Part shown: one piece after another, positions 38,840-52,111 of the stretch
Numbering within the stretch: position 1 is the first letter of the stretch
How the letters are laid out: the number at the start of each line of letters is the position of its first letter
Source: Squalus acanthias
Lineage: Eukaryota
Length of the DNA: 64,000 nt
Reading direction: 5' to 3'
NCBI GenBank assembly: GCA_030390025.1
Contig: CM059432.1
Coordinates: 56,732,001-56,796,000, forward strand
The notes under the pieces: model-generated
Seen by the model: the letters and a program-made list of their open reading frames with translations, nothing else
Databases searched by the model: none
Told to the model about the DNA's origin: nothing
Program-made: the position numbers and the translations under genes

Positions 38840-40267
38840 ATTGTGTAAATTCCTTTTTTCACAGTTTAAACAGTTTGTATTTATACATGCTATGAATGTT
38901 GCATATTTTATTTTTATAAACTAAATATATTGGATTTTTTTGCAGTCTTTGCCAAAAACTTTATCTGATGGTTTTAAGAGACCAATTTAAAATCTGTCAA
39001 AAATGTATTTATCGCTATCTCTGAACTTCTTTTAAGTGTTCCCGGCACTTTATATTAAACAGATTTTTTAAAAGAAATAATAGGTGAACTTTTCCTTGGT
39101 CAGTGCTCAGGCACACTGGATCGCGACAGTCCACAGTGCACGCCTATTAATTTACAGATGTGCGCTCTGACCCATCCATTTTTCTGATATTTGCTGTATT
39201 GAGGTCTGGGTACAAACCTTGGAAAAGCTCCCCTAATAATTGAGTGAATTGTTTTTGAAGGATGTCAATGCTGGAAAGTAAAACATTTTTGGCATTTAAT
39301 TACTGAATCAAGCATACTCTGCCCCAACTAGGTATCTCAGTACCAAACTCAGAAGAGCCCTTCCCCCAACTTCCCCCCCCCCCCCCCCCCCCCCATTTCC
39401 CACATCCTTTATTATTTTGGCCTTTCTGTGTGAGGCTGTTAATTTTGTACTGGATCATTACCAGTAGAGTAGTGTACATTAAGAACTGCATTGAGGCTGA
39501 CACAACTTATTTCATTTACAGCCAATGGTGGGAAGAAGACTTTAACGGCATCAGTTTGGACTAGATTCAGCATTGGGTCATAGGTGTGAAAGGGCAGCAT
39601 TTTAATTTACTGCACCATTTAAACATTTTTTGAATAAATTACAGCAGCTTTACATAGTTGATGAATATATTGCATGTCAGTGGGTATCAAAGAAAGATTT
39701 GCATTTATATAGCACCTTTCATGTCCCAATGCACTTTACAGCCAATTAAGTACTTTTGAAGTGTAGTGACTATTGTAATGTATCAGTTTAAAATGTATAA
39801 TGTGTAATCACAAAAATGATCTATATTGCATCTTACAAATAATTACATTATACTAATCTTCTCTGCATTGTAGATATATTACACAAAATCTACCTTTTAA
39901 ATTCCATGCTAGATTGATTATGTTAAATTAATAGCAGGAAATGACATTTAATAATCCTCAGAAGGCCAAGTTGCTTTTCCAATTAAATTATAATAAAAAA
40001 CATCGAATTCAGTAATTCTAACCTGAGTTGGCAAACCTCTGTAGATATTTTCTTTAATTGCATCCCTGCTTTGCAAAATGTGCTTAACTGTTTACTGTTG
40101 ATTCACATTGATGATCTTGTATTGTTTAGCCAGAGCAATTTCCATGATGCCACTTTGATTTTCAATGTCTCAGTTTACTGTGCATTTTTACATTTGAAGA
40201 GAAGATTTTGTTCTTTTATTAACCAGTATAGGTTAACATTCATGGAATTAGCATCTGTAAAATAATC

Positions 40268-42345
40268 GCAAGGGATGAGTGGCGCTTTCTCTGATAGGAT
40301 AGATTGGGGAGCTTCATTAAAAGGCACAACGGTGGATAGGCAATGGCTAACATTTAAAGAACAAATGCATGAATTGCAACAGTTATACATTCCTTTCTGG
40401 CACAAAAACACAGAAGGAAAAGCGGCCCAACCATGGCTAACAAGAAATTAAGGATAGTATTAGATCCAAAGAGGAGTCATATAAAGTTGCCAGAAAAAGT
40501 AGCAAGCCTGAGGATTGGGAGCAGTTTAGAATTCAGCAAAAAAGGACCAAGATATTGATTAAGAGGGGTAAATGCAAGGAACATAAAAGCAGACTGTAAA
40601 AGCTTCTACAAGTATGTAAATAGAAAAAGATTAGTGAAGACAAATGTAGGTCCCTTACAGTCAGAAATGGGAGAATTTATAATGGGGAACAAGGAAATGG
40701 CAGAGCAATTAAACAAATACTTTGGTTCTGTCTTCACAGTAGAGGACACAAATAACTTCCCAGAAATGCTAAGGAACCAAGGGTCTAGTGAGAAGGAGGA
40801 ATTAAAGGAAATTAGTATTAGTAAAAAATTAATGGGACTGAAAGATGATAAATCCCCAGGGCCTGATAATCTGCATCCCAGAGTACCACAAGAGGTAGCC
40901 ATGGAAATAGTGGATGCATTGGTTGTCATCTTCCAAAATTCTGTAGATTATGGAACAGTCCCTGCAGATTGGAGGGTGGCAAATGTAACCCCACTATTTA
41001 AAAAAGGGGAGAGAGAGAAAACAGAGAACTACAGACCGGTTAGCCTAACATCAGTAGTAGGGAAAATGCTAGAGTCTATTATAAAGGATGTGATAACAGG
41101 ACACTTAGAAAATATCAACGGGATTAGACAAAGTCAACATGGATTTATGAAAGGGAAATCGTGTTTGACAAACCTACTGGAGTTTTTTGAGGATGTAACT
41201 GGTAGAATAGATAAGGGAGAACCAGTGGATGTGGTGTATTTGGATTTTCAGAAGGCCTTTGATAAAGTCCCACATAAGAGGTTAGTGTGCAAAATTAAAG
41301 CACATGGGATTGGGGGTAATATACTGGCATGGATTGATAATTGGTCAACAGAGAGTAGGAATAAATGGGTCTTTTTCGGGGTGGCAGGCGGTGACTGGTG
41401 GGGTACCGTAGGGATCAGTGCTTGGGCCCCAGCTATTCACAATATATATCAATGATTTGGATGAGGAAACCAAATGTAATATTTCCAAGTTTGCTGACGA
41501 TATGAAACTAGGTGGGATTGTGAGTTGTGAGGAGGATGCAAAGAGGCTTCAAGGCGATTTAGACAAGTTGAGTGAGTGGGCAAATACATGGCAGATGCAG
41601 TATAACGTGGATAAATGTGAAGTTATCCACTTCGGTAGGAAAAACAGAAAGGCAGAATATCATTTAAATGTGATTGGGAAATGTTGATGTACAAAGGGAC
41701 CTGGGTGTCCTTGTACACCAGTCACTGAAAGCAAACATGCAGGTGCAGCAAGCAGTTAGGAAGGCAAATGGTATGTTGGCCTTCATTGCAAGAGGATTTG
41801 AGTACAGGAGCAAGGATGTCCCACTACAGTTATACAGGGCCTTGGTGAGACCACACCTGGAGTACTGTGTGCAGTTTTGGTTTACTTACCTAAGAAAGGA
41901 TATACTTGCCACAGAGGAAGTGCAGTGAATATTCACCAGACTGACTCCTGGGATGGCAGGACTGTTGTATGAGGAGAGATTGGGTCGACTAGGCCTGTAT
42001 TCACTAGAGTTTAGAAGAATGAGAGGGGATCTCATTGAAACGTATACAATTCTGACAGGGCTAGACAGATTGGATGCAGGGAGGATGTTTCCCCTGGCTG
42101 GGGGGTCTAGAACGAGGGGTCACAGTCTCAAGATACAGGTTAGGACATTTAGGACTGAGATGAGGAGAAATGTCTTCACTCAGATGGTGGTGAACCTGTG
42201 GAATTCTCTACCACAGAAGGCTGTGGAGGCCAAGTCACTGAATATATTTAAGAAGGAGATAGATAGATTTCTAGATCATATTGAATGGCGGAGCAGGCTC
42301 GAAGGGCCGAATGGCCTAATCCTGCTCCTATTTTTCGATGTTTCT
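40268..42345 (+). mobile_element. 5'-truncated CR1 with small deletions
   Basis: RT ORFs 40634-41455, 41418, 41674 and 41953. Confidence 0.95.
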
Positions 42346-42599
42346 ATTGTATTTTACTCAGCTTTGGAAAAACTGAAATCCCGCCAGTTCACTATGAACA
42401 ATTTGGGATCAGTTTTCACTAATGTGCTGTGTAAAATAATTTGTTTTTACATTTATGAAAAAGTACCATATTCTTTCTCAACAATCAACTCATAAATTTG
42501 GAGTCTGCTTGTGTTTTCAAAGCTGGCTCGCTAGTGATATTTATCTATTTTGACTGATTTGACAAAAGAAATAAATTGGGGCAAGAAAATTGGCATAGT

Positions 42600-43860
42600 G
42601 GCAGCTTGACTTAGTTGGTACTACTTTCACATCTGAGTCGGAAGGTTTTGGGTTCCAGCCCTACTCCTGATTCGAACAGAGGGCTGGATTTTGAAACTGG
42701 GGTCGGGTTGGGGTCGGGAATCACACATTCTGGCTTGTGAACCCGCCTCCATCGAGATGTGGCCAACCCACTGTATTTTCTCTTGATTGACCTTGTTGAG
42801 CCCGCCCAGTGGGCTCAGCAGGCCAATTAAGGGCCACCCGGCAACAGGTGACGTCACAGACTGACATTTCATCTGTCAAGAGCCTTTGACAGATGAAATA
42901 TCAGCGTTTGACAGCTCTGTGAAGCTGTCAAACACTGACAATATGATTTCTAACTTCAGTCCTTCCTCTCAGGCTGAGTTAGAAATAATTCCACCACAGA
43001 AAACAGAAGGCTGCAGTTTTTGACAGAACCACGGCTTTCCTGCTTTCTGTGCCGGTGAGATTTCTAACTCCTGAGAACTGAAGGGCTGACACCTGCAGGA
43101 GGAAGTTAAGGTAAGTAAAACTTTTTCCAACACTTAGCACTTACCTTACACACTTACCTCTGCACACATGCACCCATCACTCACCTGCCCACCGGACATA
43201 TCGACCCCTCCAACCCCTGCAGACCCACGGCCCGCCCCGATAACTTGGCGTGGTTGCCACCTGTCGGGAAGCCCACACTTTTCTTTTTAAAATAGGGATT
43301 ATGCAAAAAACTGTCCGTTAACTACCTGTTAACAGGCAGTTAATTGTCACTAATCCCTTCCCGCCTCGGGGAGTCAGGTCTCGGAACAGGTCAGGTACCC
43401 GCCGCCAGAGAAACTGGCATGGAGGCGGGATGGGGTCGGGACCCCCGAATCTGCAACTTTAACCCCCCCCCCTGCCTCCAAACCCGACTCCATGGGTCAT
43501 TGAAAATCCAGCCCATAATCTAGGTTGACACTTCATTGTGGTACTGAGGGAGTGCTGCATTGTTGGAAGTGCTATCTTTCAGATGAAACGTTAAACCAAA
43601 GCCCATCTGCCTGTTCAGGTGGACGTAAAACATCCCTTGACCCCATGCCATTATTCAAAGATGAGTAGAAAATGTACCCAGTGTCTTGGTCAGCACCACC
43701 GAAAAAACCCCAGATCAGCTGGTCATTGATTTTATTTGCTGTTTGGGGTATCTTGCTGTATACAAAATTGGCGGGCGAGTTTGCCTACGTAATAGTGACT
43801 GCAGAAGTAATTGATTGGCTGTGCAATGCTTTGGGACATCTTTGAGGTCATGATATAAAT
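42600..43860 (+). mobile_element. DeuSINE-like SINE split by a MITE
   Basis: Head at 42600-42680; body resumes at 43515 (ataatctaggttgacac...tactgagggagtgctgca). Confidence 0.78.
42681..43514. mobile_element. Harbinger-like MITE, 834 bp
   Basis: TIRs gggctggattttgaa / ttgaaaatccagccc; imperfect 3-bp TSD aga/ata; internal hairpins. Confidence 0.82.
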
Positions 43861-44359
43861 GTGACATGTTCCTCTGGAGTCTCAAAACTCATTTATAAAG
43901 GTGCCGGCCAACCTAATAATGATCTAAATTGTACAAACTTTAGATATTGGCAAATTAGTCCAAAGTAGGTAAAGTTGGGTCAATTTTGATTATGATTTGG
44001 GTTTGGACCTCAGCCTCCTACAAGTTTGTGCGATTATATTGATTCCATCCGTTCTTTTACTCAAACTTACTCAACAACAGCACTGACCACTACCTTCATG
44101 ATGAATCAGATGTTCTCATATTGAAATATTTAAAAAGTTGATGACAAATAGGTTCCTACTCATATTTGAAAAAATTATAAGTATATCATAATCCCACACA
44201 GTTTTAAAGTGAATTGTGTGTATTATTGAATATGATTTTTTTCAGAGAGCTTGTTGAGCTTAATCAAAGACTTTGTCTTGTTTGTGTAAAAACTAATTGA
44301 AGGTACTTCACAAACTGGATTGTGCAATAAACAATTAAAATACAGTTTCAGTCATTGTA

Positions 44360-44713
44360 CAGGAAACTCTCGTTTAAGCGGCACCTAAATATCCGGAATT
44401 CTCTGATAACCGGCAGAATTCATACTCCGAAAACTACAATATACAGTCGTTTATAAGTTTTGTTTTACTGTTAAGTAATTAGAGTTATGGATTACCCTCA
44501 ACTGGCATTACTGTACTTAATCAAGCATCTTCCACCATCCATTTAACACAACATTTTGTAGGGGAGTACCCAATTATACTGCACATTTCTTGATTTTTTT
44601 TATTTTTGTTTGTTAAAAATAGCCTCAGTAGATATACCTCTCCGTTATCCGGAATTTTTAATCAACCGGCACCATCCCGGTCTCGTCGATGCCGGATACG
44701 AAAGAGTTTCCTG
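44360..44713. mobile_element. Tc1/mariner (Tigger-like) MITE
   Basis: TIRs caggaaactct / agagtttcctg flanked by TA on both sides. Confidence 0.8.
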
Positions 44714-45254
44714 TAGTATTATAAATCAAGTCACTCTTGCACTTCCAGGTATTAATCGGTCTTGAAGATTTTGTGCATACCTGAAGCTTTTTGTTGATAA
44801 ATAGATGGAATATGTTCAGTTTTTACATAAAATTGAGTTTTATCTGTGCTGTTTTGGGGAATTTTCTTTTTATATGCATGCATTTTCTCAGCAGCACCAG
44901 ATAAAACATTTAAATGATGCAATAATCAGAGAAAATCTTTGATTTGAAAACTGCACAATTTAAACTCTTGAATCTATCCATACTGAAAATGTTGTGGCAT
45001 CCACGATCATTACAGCAACATAGGAACATAATCAGGTTATTTGGCCTATTGGGCCTGCGCTGCCATTTTGTTAGTCATGGCAGGGAAATAAAGGGGAGAA
45101 TTTGGTATTGAGTTTTTTTTTTAATTTTGAAAATTGATTCCTCTCTCTCTTTTACCTGTCCTCCAGCTTAAAGATCCGTTCAGTATATGATCAGCCACTC
45201 TATAGCTGGAGAACGATACACCAATATTCTAAACAACAAATGTGAAGTGATGCT

Positions 45255-46015
45255 ATTTCCTTCCAGGTGAAACAGCATCCTGTAGTTTAGTATACTGTAT
45301 TCACTGCTCACGATGTGGTCTCCTCTACATTGGGGAGACCAAACGCAGATTGGGTGACCGCTTTGCGGAACACCTCCGTTCAGTCCGTAAGGGGGACCCC
45401 GAGCTCCCGGTGGCCTGTCACTTTAATTCTCCGCTCCACTCCCACTCTGACCTCACCGTCCTCGGCCTCTTGCATTGTTCCATGGAAGCTCAGCGTAAGC
45501 TCGAGGAACAGCACCTCATCTTTCGTTTAGGCACTCTACAGCCCTCTGGACTCAACATAGAGTTCAACAATTTCAGATCATAACCCCATCATATATATAT
45601 ATTTTATCCACCCTTTTGTTTGGCTTTTTTTTCCCCTCCCACAAGCTGGCAGCTGTCCTTCATTCTGCCAGCACATTTCACACTTCATCTAGAGCCATCC
45701 TTTGTTCCTCAACCTGTCACATTACCACCTCCTCTTGCCTTGAATATCTCTTAATGTCTCTCAATGTCTCTTAATCTCTCCTGCTTTCTATCCGACCAGT
45801 GACCTTCCCTTTTGTTCTTTCATCCCCTCCCCCTTTTCCCAGCATTATACTTGCTTTAAATCTATTTCATTTCCTGCTTTTTTCCAGTTCTGACGAAAGG
45901 TCTTCGACCTGAAACGTTAACTGTTTCTCTCTCCACGATGCTGCCTGGCCTGCTGAGTTTTTCCAGCGTTTTCTGTTGTTGTTTCCGATTTCCAGCAACC
46001 GCAGTATTTTGCTAT
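45255..46015 (+). mobile_element. Penelope-like element 3' part: GIY-YIG endonuclease remnant and terminal repeat
   Basis: CSRCGLLYIGETKRRLGDRFAEHLRSV...VACHFNS...RKLEEQHLIFRLGTLQPSGLN. Confidence 0.9.
45885..45923 (+). ncRNA. Minimal type I hammerhead ribozyme motif
   Basis: cagtt-CTGACGA-a-aggtc-ttc-gacct-GAAA-cgtt-aactg: catalytic core, stems I and II, and palindromic stem III AACGTT. Confidence 0.72.
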
Positions 46016-46032
46016 CCTATTAGATCATCATT

Positions 46033-46211
46033 GGGCTGGATTTTCTCAATGGAGACATGCTGGAGGCGGGACTTCTAGTTTTCAGTCCCGCCCCCAGCGA
46101 CGTCTGACCAACCCATGCTATTTTCCCTTGATTGGCCTTGTTAAGCCTGCCCGGGTTTTTGTGCATGCACAAACCTGGCCAGCGTACGTCGAAGACACTA
46201 AATTCTGCCCC
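46033..46211. mobile_element. Short Harbinger-like MITE related to 42681-43514
   Basis: Ends gggctggattt / aaattctgcccc; TSD ATT; shares ccaaccca...ttgattggccttgttaagcc block. Confidence 0.7.
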
Positions 46212-46526
46212 ATTAATTAGGTAAATCTGAAATGCATACTGTATACTATAATTTACTGTTTGTTTAAAGGAGTTTGAACAAGTATACAATCATATGTGTC
46301 TGGCCTGAGCAATGAGTGGTTTGTTCGTGGCTACTATTCTGAAATGTGATACTTGGCCTCAATTAACATTTCTTACCATTAGCATTCCACAAGTTGTTTA
46401 GTTTATCAGTATCACTTAGGATTCTGTGCAAAGTTGAGTAGCAATGTGTAGAATAGGCAAAAGGCTAGTACAGGGAGAGAGAGCTGAATAATGTTTGAAA
46501 ACTCCCTCCCGTCCCATTATATGGTC

Positions 46527-49045
46527 ATGCAAGCAGTTATCATGGGTGACTTTAATATGCATATAGATTGGGCTACTCAAACTGGAAGCAATACGGTGGA
46601 GGAGGATTTCCTGGAGTGTTTAAGGGATGGTTTCCTAAACCAATATGTTGAGGAACCAACTCGAGGGGAGGCCATCCTGGACTGGGTGTTGTGTAATGAG
46701 GAAGGACTAATCAGCAATCTTGTGGTACGAGGCCCCCTGGGGAAGAGTGACCATAGTATGGTGGAGTTCTACATTAGGATGCAGAAGGAAACAGTTAAGT
46801 CAGAGACCATGGTCCAGAACTTAAATAAGGGCAACTTTGAGGGTATGAGGCGTGAATTGGCGAGGTTAAATTGGCAAGCGATATTTAAGGGGCTATCAGT
46901 GGAAGGGCAATGGCAGACATTTAGAGATCGCATGGATGAACTACAACAATTGTACATCCCGGTCTGGCGTAAAAATAAAAAAGGGAAGGTGGCTCAACCA
47001 TGGCTAACAAGGGAAATCAGGGCTAGTATTAAAACCAAGGAAGTTGCATACAAATTGGCCAGAAGTAGCAGCAAACCCGGGGACTGGGAGAACTTCAAAA
47101 CTCAGCAGAGGAGGACGAAGGGTTTGATTAGGGCAGGGAAAATAAAATATGAAAGGAAGCTTGCAGAGAACATTAAAATGGACTGCAAAAGCTTCTATAA
47201 ATATGTAAAAAGAAAGAGGTTAGTAAAAACAAACGTAGGTCCCCTGCAGTCGGAAACAGGGGAAGTCGTAATGGGGAACAAGGAAATGGCAGATCAATTG
47301 AACAAGTACTTTGGTTTGGTGTTTACTGTGGAGGATACACACAACCTGCCGGAAATAAAAGGGGTCAGAGGATCTGGTAAGAGGGAGGAGCTGAGGGAAA
47401 TCCTTATTAGTTGGGAAAAGGTATTGGGGAAATTGATGGGACTGAAGGCTGAAAAATCCCCGGGGCCTGATGGTCTGCATCCCAGAGTACTTAAGGAGGT
47501 GGCCTTGGAAATAGTGGATGCATTGACGATCATTTTCCAACATTCCTTAGACTCTGGATCAGTTCCGATGGAGTGGAGGGTGGCCAATGTAACCCCTCTT
47601 TTTAAAAAAGGAGGGAGGGAGAAAGCAGGGAATTATAGACCGGTCAGCCTGACATCGGTCGTGGGTAAAATGATGGAAGCAATTATTAAAGATGTCATAA
47701 CAGACCATTTGGAAAGTGGTGACATGATAGGTCCAAGTCAGCATGGATTTGTGAAAGGGAAATCATGCTTGAAAAATCTTCTGGAATTTTTTGAGGATGT
47801 TTCCAATAGGGTGGACAGGGGGGAACCAGTAGATGTGGTGTATTTGGACTTTCAGAAGGCCTTCAACAAGGTCCCACACAAGAGATTGGTGAGCAAAGTT
47901 AAAGCACATGGGATTGGGGGTAATGTGTTGACGTGGATTGAGAACTGGTTGGCACACAGGAAACAAAGAGTAGGAGTAAATGGGTACTTTTCAGAATGGC
48001 AGGCAGTGACCAGCGGGGTACCGCAGGGTTCGGTGCTGGGACCCCAGCTGTTTACATTATATATTAATGATTTGGACGAAGGGATTAAATGTAATATCTC
48101 CAAATTTGCAGATGACACTAAATTGGGAGGCAGTGTGAACAATGAGGAGGATGCTAGGAGGCTACAGAGTGACTTGGACAGGTTGGGTGAATGGGCAAAT
48201 GTATGGCAGATGAAGTACAATGTGGATAAATGTGAGGTTATCCACTTTGGTGGTAAAAATAGAGAGGCGGACTATTACCTGAATGGTGGCAGATTAGGGA
48301 AAGGGGAGGTGCAACGAGACCTGGGCGTCATGGTACATCAGTCACTGAAGGTGGGAATGCAAGTGCAGCAGGCAGTCAAGAAAGCAAACGGAATGATGGC
48401 CTTCATAGTAAGGGGATTTGAGTACAGGAGTAGGGAGGTGATGCTGCAGTTGTACAGGGCCTTGGTGAGGCCACACCTGGAGTATTGTGCGCAGTTTTGG
48501 TCTCCTAACTTAAGGAAGGACATTCTTGCTATTGAGGGAGTGCAGCGAAGGTTCACTAGATTGATTCCTGGGATGGCCGGCCTGACATATCAAGAAAGAT
48601 TGGGTCAACTGAACTTGTATCCTCTGGAGTTCAGAAGAATGAGGGGGGATCTTATAGAGACATTTAAAATCCTGACTGGTTTAGACAAATTAGATGCGGG
48701 CAGAATGTTCCCAATGTTAGGGAAAACTAGAACCAGGGGTCACAGTCTAAGGATTAAGGGGAAGCCATTTAAGACTGAGCTGAGGAGGAACTTCTTCACC
48801 CAGAGAGTGGTGAATCTATGGAATTCTCTTCCACAGAAGGTTGTTGAAGCCAGTTCGCTAAATATATTCAAAAGGGAGTTAGATATAACACTCACAACTA
48901 GGGGGATCAAGGGGTATGGCGAGAAAGCAGGAATGGGGTACTGAGGTAGCATGTTCAGCCATGAACGCATTGAATGGCGGTGCAGGCTCGAAGGACCGAA
49001 TGGTCTACTCCTGTACCTATTTTCTATGTTTCTATGTTTCTATGT
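46527..49045 (+). mobile_element. Young 5'-truncated CR1 with an uninterrupted ORF2 frame
   Basis: 817-aa ORF 46491-48944 runs from the EN motif IMGDFN through FADD to the C-terminus; (tttctatg)3 tail. Confidence 0.97.
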
Positions 49046-49374
49046 TTAATAGTATAGGCTTGGACCTACGTACTAATGTAACTGCGAGGTGCTCAAGAAT
49101 TTCTGAATGGCTTAGATCTTTCATATCTTGAGTCGTGGTTTAGACTGTCTTTTGATGTAAGATTTTGTAACTTGTGGCATCTTAAATGAAATGGAGTTAC
49201 ATTTTTAATTTCTGCCAACATCACACAAACCAACCACTGGTGTTTAACAATGAGTCAGTATTTTGGGAGCTCGGTCTGAGTGTCAGCATCTGTGACTCTT
49301 GCATTTTCTGACAAAAATCGGTGCAGAGTGAGTCCCCTCTTTCCCTAAATGCTGCTCCTACAAGAGGCCCCCCA

Positions 49375-50595
49375 CTCTGTCTCGCCCTTCTCGCCCACCC
49401 CCCCCCCACGCTGTGTCGCCCCTCTCGCTCTCCGTCTCGCCCCCCTTCTCTCCGTCTCGCCACCCCCCCCCTCTCTCCCTCTGGCCCGCTCCCTCTGGCC
49501 CCCCCCCCTCCCTCCCTCTGGCCCCCCTTCTGCCCCCCCCCTCTCCCTCTGCCCTCTCCCTCTGCCCCCCCCCCCTCTCCCTCTGCCCCCCTCCGTCTCT
49601 CCCTCTGGCTCTCCCTGGGCCCCCCCTCTCTCCCTCTGGGCCCCCCCTCTCTCCCTCTGGGCCCCCCCTCTCTCCAACTCGCCCCCCCCCTCTCCGTCTC
49701 GCCCCCCCCGCGTCTCGACCCCCTCTCTGTCTCGCCCTCCCTCTCGCCCCCCTCACCCCCCTGTCGTCCGTCTCGCCCCCCCTCTCCGTCTCGCGCCCCC
49801 CTCTCTCCGTCTCGCGCCCCCCTCTCTCCGTCTCGCCCCCCTCTCTCCGTCTCGCCCCCCTCTCTCCGTCTCGCCCCCCTCTCTCCGTCTCGCCCCCTCT
49901 CTCCGTCTCGCCCCCCTCTCTCCGTCTCGCCCCCCTCTCTCCGTCTCGCCCCCCTCTCTCCGTCTCGCCCCCCTCTCTCCGTCTCGCCCCCCTCTCTCCG
50001 TCTCGCCCCCCCCTCTCCGTCTCGCCCCCCCCCTCTGCGTCTCGCCCCCCCCTCTGCGTCTCGCCTCTCCGTCTCGCCCCCCCTGCGTCTCGCCCCCCCC
50101 TGCGTCTCGCCCCCCCCCTGCGTCTCGCCCCCCCCTGCGTCTCGCCCCCCCCTGCGTCTCGCCCCCCCCTGCGTCTCGCCCCCCCTGCGTCTCGCCCCCC
50201 CCCTGCGTCTCGCCCCCCCCCCTGCGTCTCGCCCCCCCCCCTGCGTCTCGCCCCCCCCCCTGCGTCTCGCCCCCCCCCCTGCGTCTCGCCCCCCCCCCTG
50301 CGTCTCGCCCCCCCCTCTGCGTCTCGCCCCCCCCTCTGCGTCTCGCCCCCCCCTCTGCGTCTCGCCCCCCCCTCTGCGTCTCGCCCCCCCCTCTGCGTCT
50401 CGCCCCCCCCCCTCTGCGTCTCGCCCCCCCCCCTCTGCGTCTCGCCCCCCCCTCTGCGTCTCGCCCCCCCCTCTGCGTCTCGCCCCCCCCCTCGGCGTCT
50501 CGCCCCCCCCTCGGCGTCTCGCCCCCCCCTCTGCGTCTCGCCCCCCCTCCGTCTCGCCCCCCCTCCCCTCCATCTCGCCCCTCTCTCTCCGTCTC
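49375..50595. repeat. C-rich minisatellite, ~19-23 bp unit (ctctccgtctcgc(c)n / ctgcgtctcgc(c)n)
   Basis: Directly visible tandem array; degenerate at the left and homogeneous at the right. Confidence 0.97.
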
Positions 50596-51029
50596 ATCGT
50601 TATACACATTCTGATGTTTACAGAAAGCAAAACTAAAGTTATGAAGATGTTTAATTAGACCGCTGTTATTTTTTTCATATAAACACATACAAAAATCTAT
50701 AAGAAGTGTTTACAGATGTCAGGACATTTGTAATAATGTCACAGATCTCCCATGGCATTGCTCGCGATGAGTCCGAAAACTCAATGTTTTATAACAACCA
50801 GGATATTTATCCCATGTAGTGGATAACCTTCGGGCCACTGATTTAGTGACTGCATTATTGAAATATATTTAAGATTTTTACTGGTGCTTTGGAGATTGAA
50901 TTTCACAACTCTCCATTAATCTGTAAAAACTGTAAATGAATCTTCCTTATTATTTTCTATCTATTCCTTTACCTATATATATATTTAATTTTATTAGTAC
51001 CCTTTTTATTGCTGAGAATAAACAACAAC

Positions 51030-51660
51030 TTTTTTTTTGTTACTGAGATGTGGGAGTCACTGGCAAAGCCAGCATTTATTGGCCATCCTTAATTGCCCCT
51101 GAGAAGGTGGTGGTGAACCGCCGCCTTGAACCGCTGCAGTCCGTGTGGTGAAGGTACTCTCACAGTGCTGTTAGGGAGGGAGTTCCAGGATGTTGACCCA
51201 GCGACTATGAAGGAATGGTGATATATTTCCAAGTCAGGATGGTGTGTGACTTGGCGGGGAACTTGGAGGTGATGGTGTTCCCATGCGCCTGCTGCCCTTG
51301 TCCTTCTAGGTGGTAGAGGTCGTGGGTTTGGGAGGTGCTGTCGAAGAAGCCTTGGCGAGTTGCTGCAGTGCATCTTGTAGATGGTACACACTGCAGCCAC
51401 GGTGCGCCGGTGGTGGAGGGAGTGAATGCTTAAGGTGGTGGATGGGGTGTCGATCAAGCGGGCTGCTTTGTCCTGGATGGTGTCGAGCTTCTTGGATGTT
51501 GTTGGAGCTGCACTCATCCAGGCAAGTGGAGAGTATTCCATCACACTCCTGACTTGTGCCTTGTAGATGGTGGAAAGTCTTTGGGGAGTCAGGCGATGAG
51601 ACACTCGCCGCAGAATACCCAGCCTCTGACCTGCACTTGTAACCGCAGTATTTATGTGGC
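51030..51660 (-). mobile_element. 3' part of a non-CR1 LINE (RTE-X-like, classification uncertain)
   Basis: ORF 51089-51685: AGQRLGILRR...IYKAQVRSVMEYSPLAW...LDTIQDKAARLI...SLHHRR...WNSLP. Confidence 0.82.
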
Positions 51661-51927
51661 ATGCGCGTGCGGAAATCCTGAACACGCGGTCAATTTCAAA
51701 GGCGGTATTACGACGTACTCTGAAAGCACGCCATCATACCTACCGCAGATTCAGGGCCTAAGAATTTGGCGGTTATGTGATTGGTTGCTGGACATTGTAT
51801 CTCTTTCTGCCTTTCTCTCTCACAGTTGTGAGAAAATTGTAAACAGCCTAATTATTAACTTTCAACAAAATACAGGTGGTAATTAGATTTTTATTTGACA
51901 AAGCATTAAATGAGTATTGACACTGTT

Positions 51928-52111
51928 GGGTAGATTTTCATTTTTGCCACCTGGGCAATAATTTTGCGCAGTGGATCACCTGCCATTTACAGAAGCGACC
52001 CGATTTCCATTCCATTGAAATCAGTGGAATGAACATCAGGCGGGCTTTATTAAGGGCGGGTGATCTGCCCCACCAGACTATCGCTCAAACATTTAAGACC
52101 AAAATCTACCC
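51928..52111. mobile_element. Short palindromic MITE
   Basis: TIRs gggtagatttt / aaaatctaccc; central imperfect palindrome. Confidence 0.7.

Noticed and set aside
49221..50688. Long Pro-rich and Gly/Arg-rich ORFs (311-469 aa) in several frames
   Set aside because: Artefacts of a stop-free minisatellite; open on both strands, with no domain or splice support.
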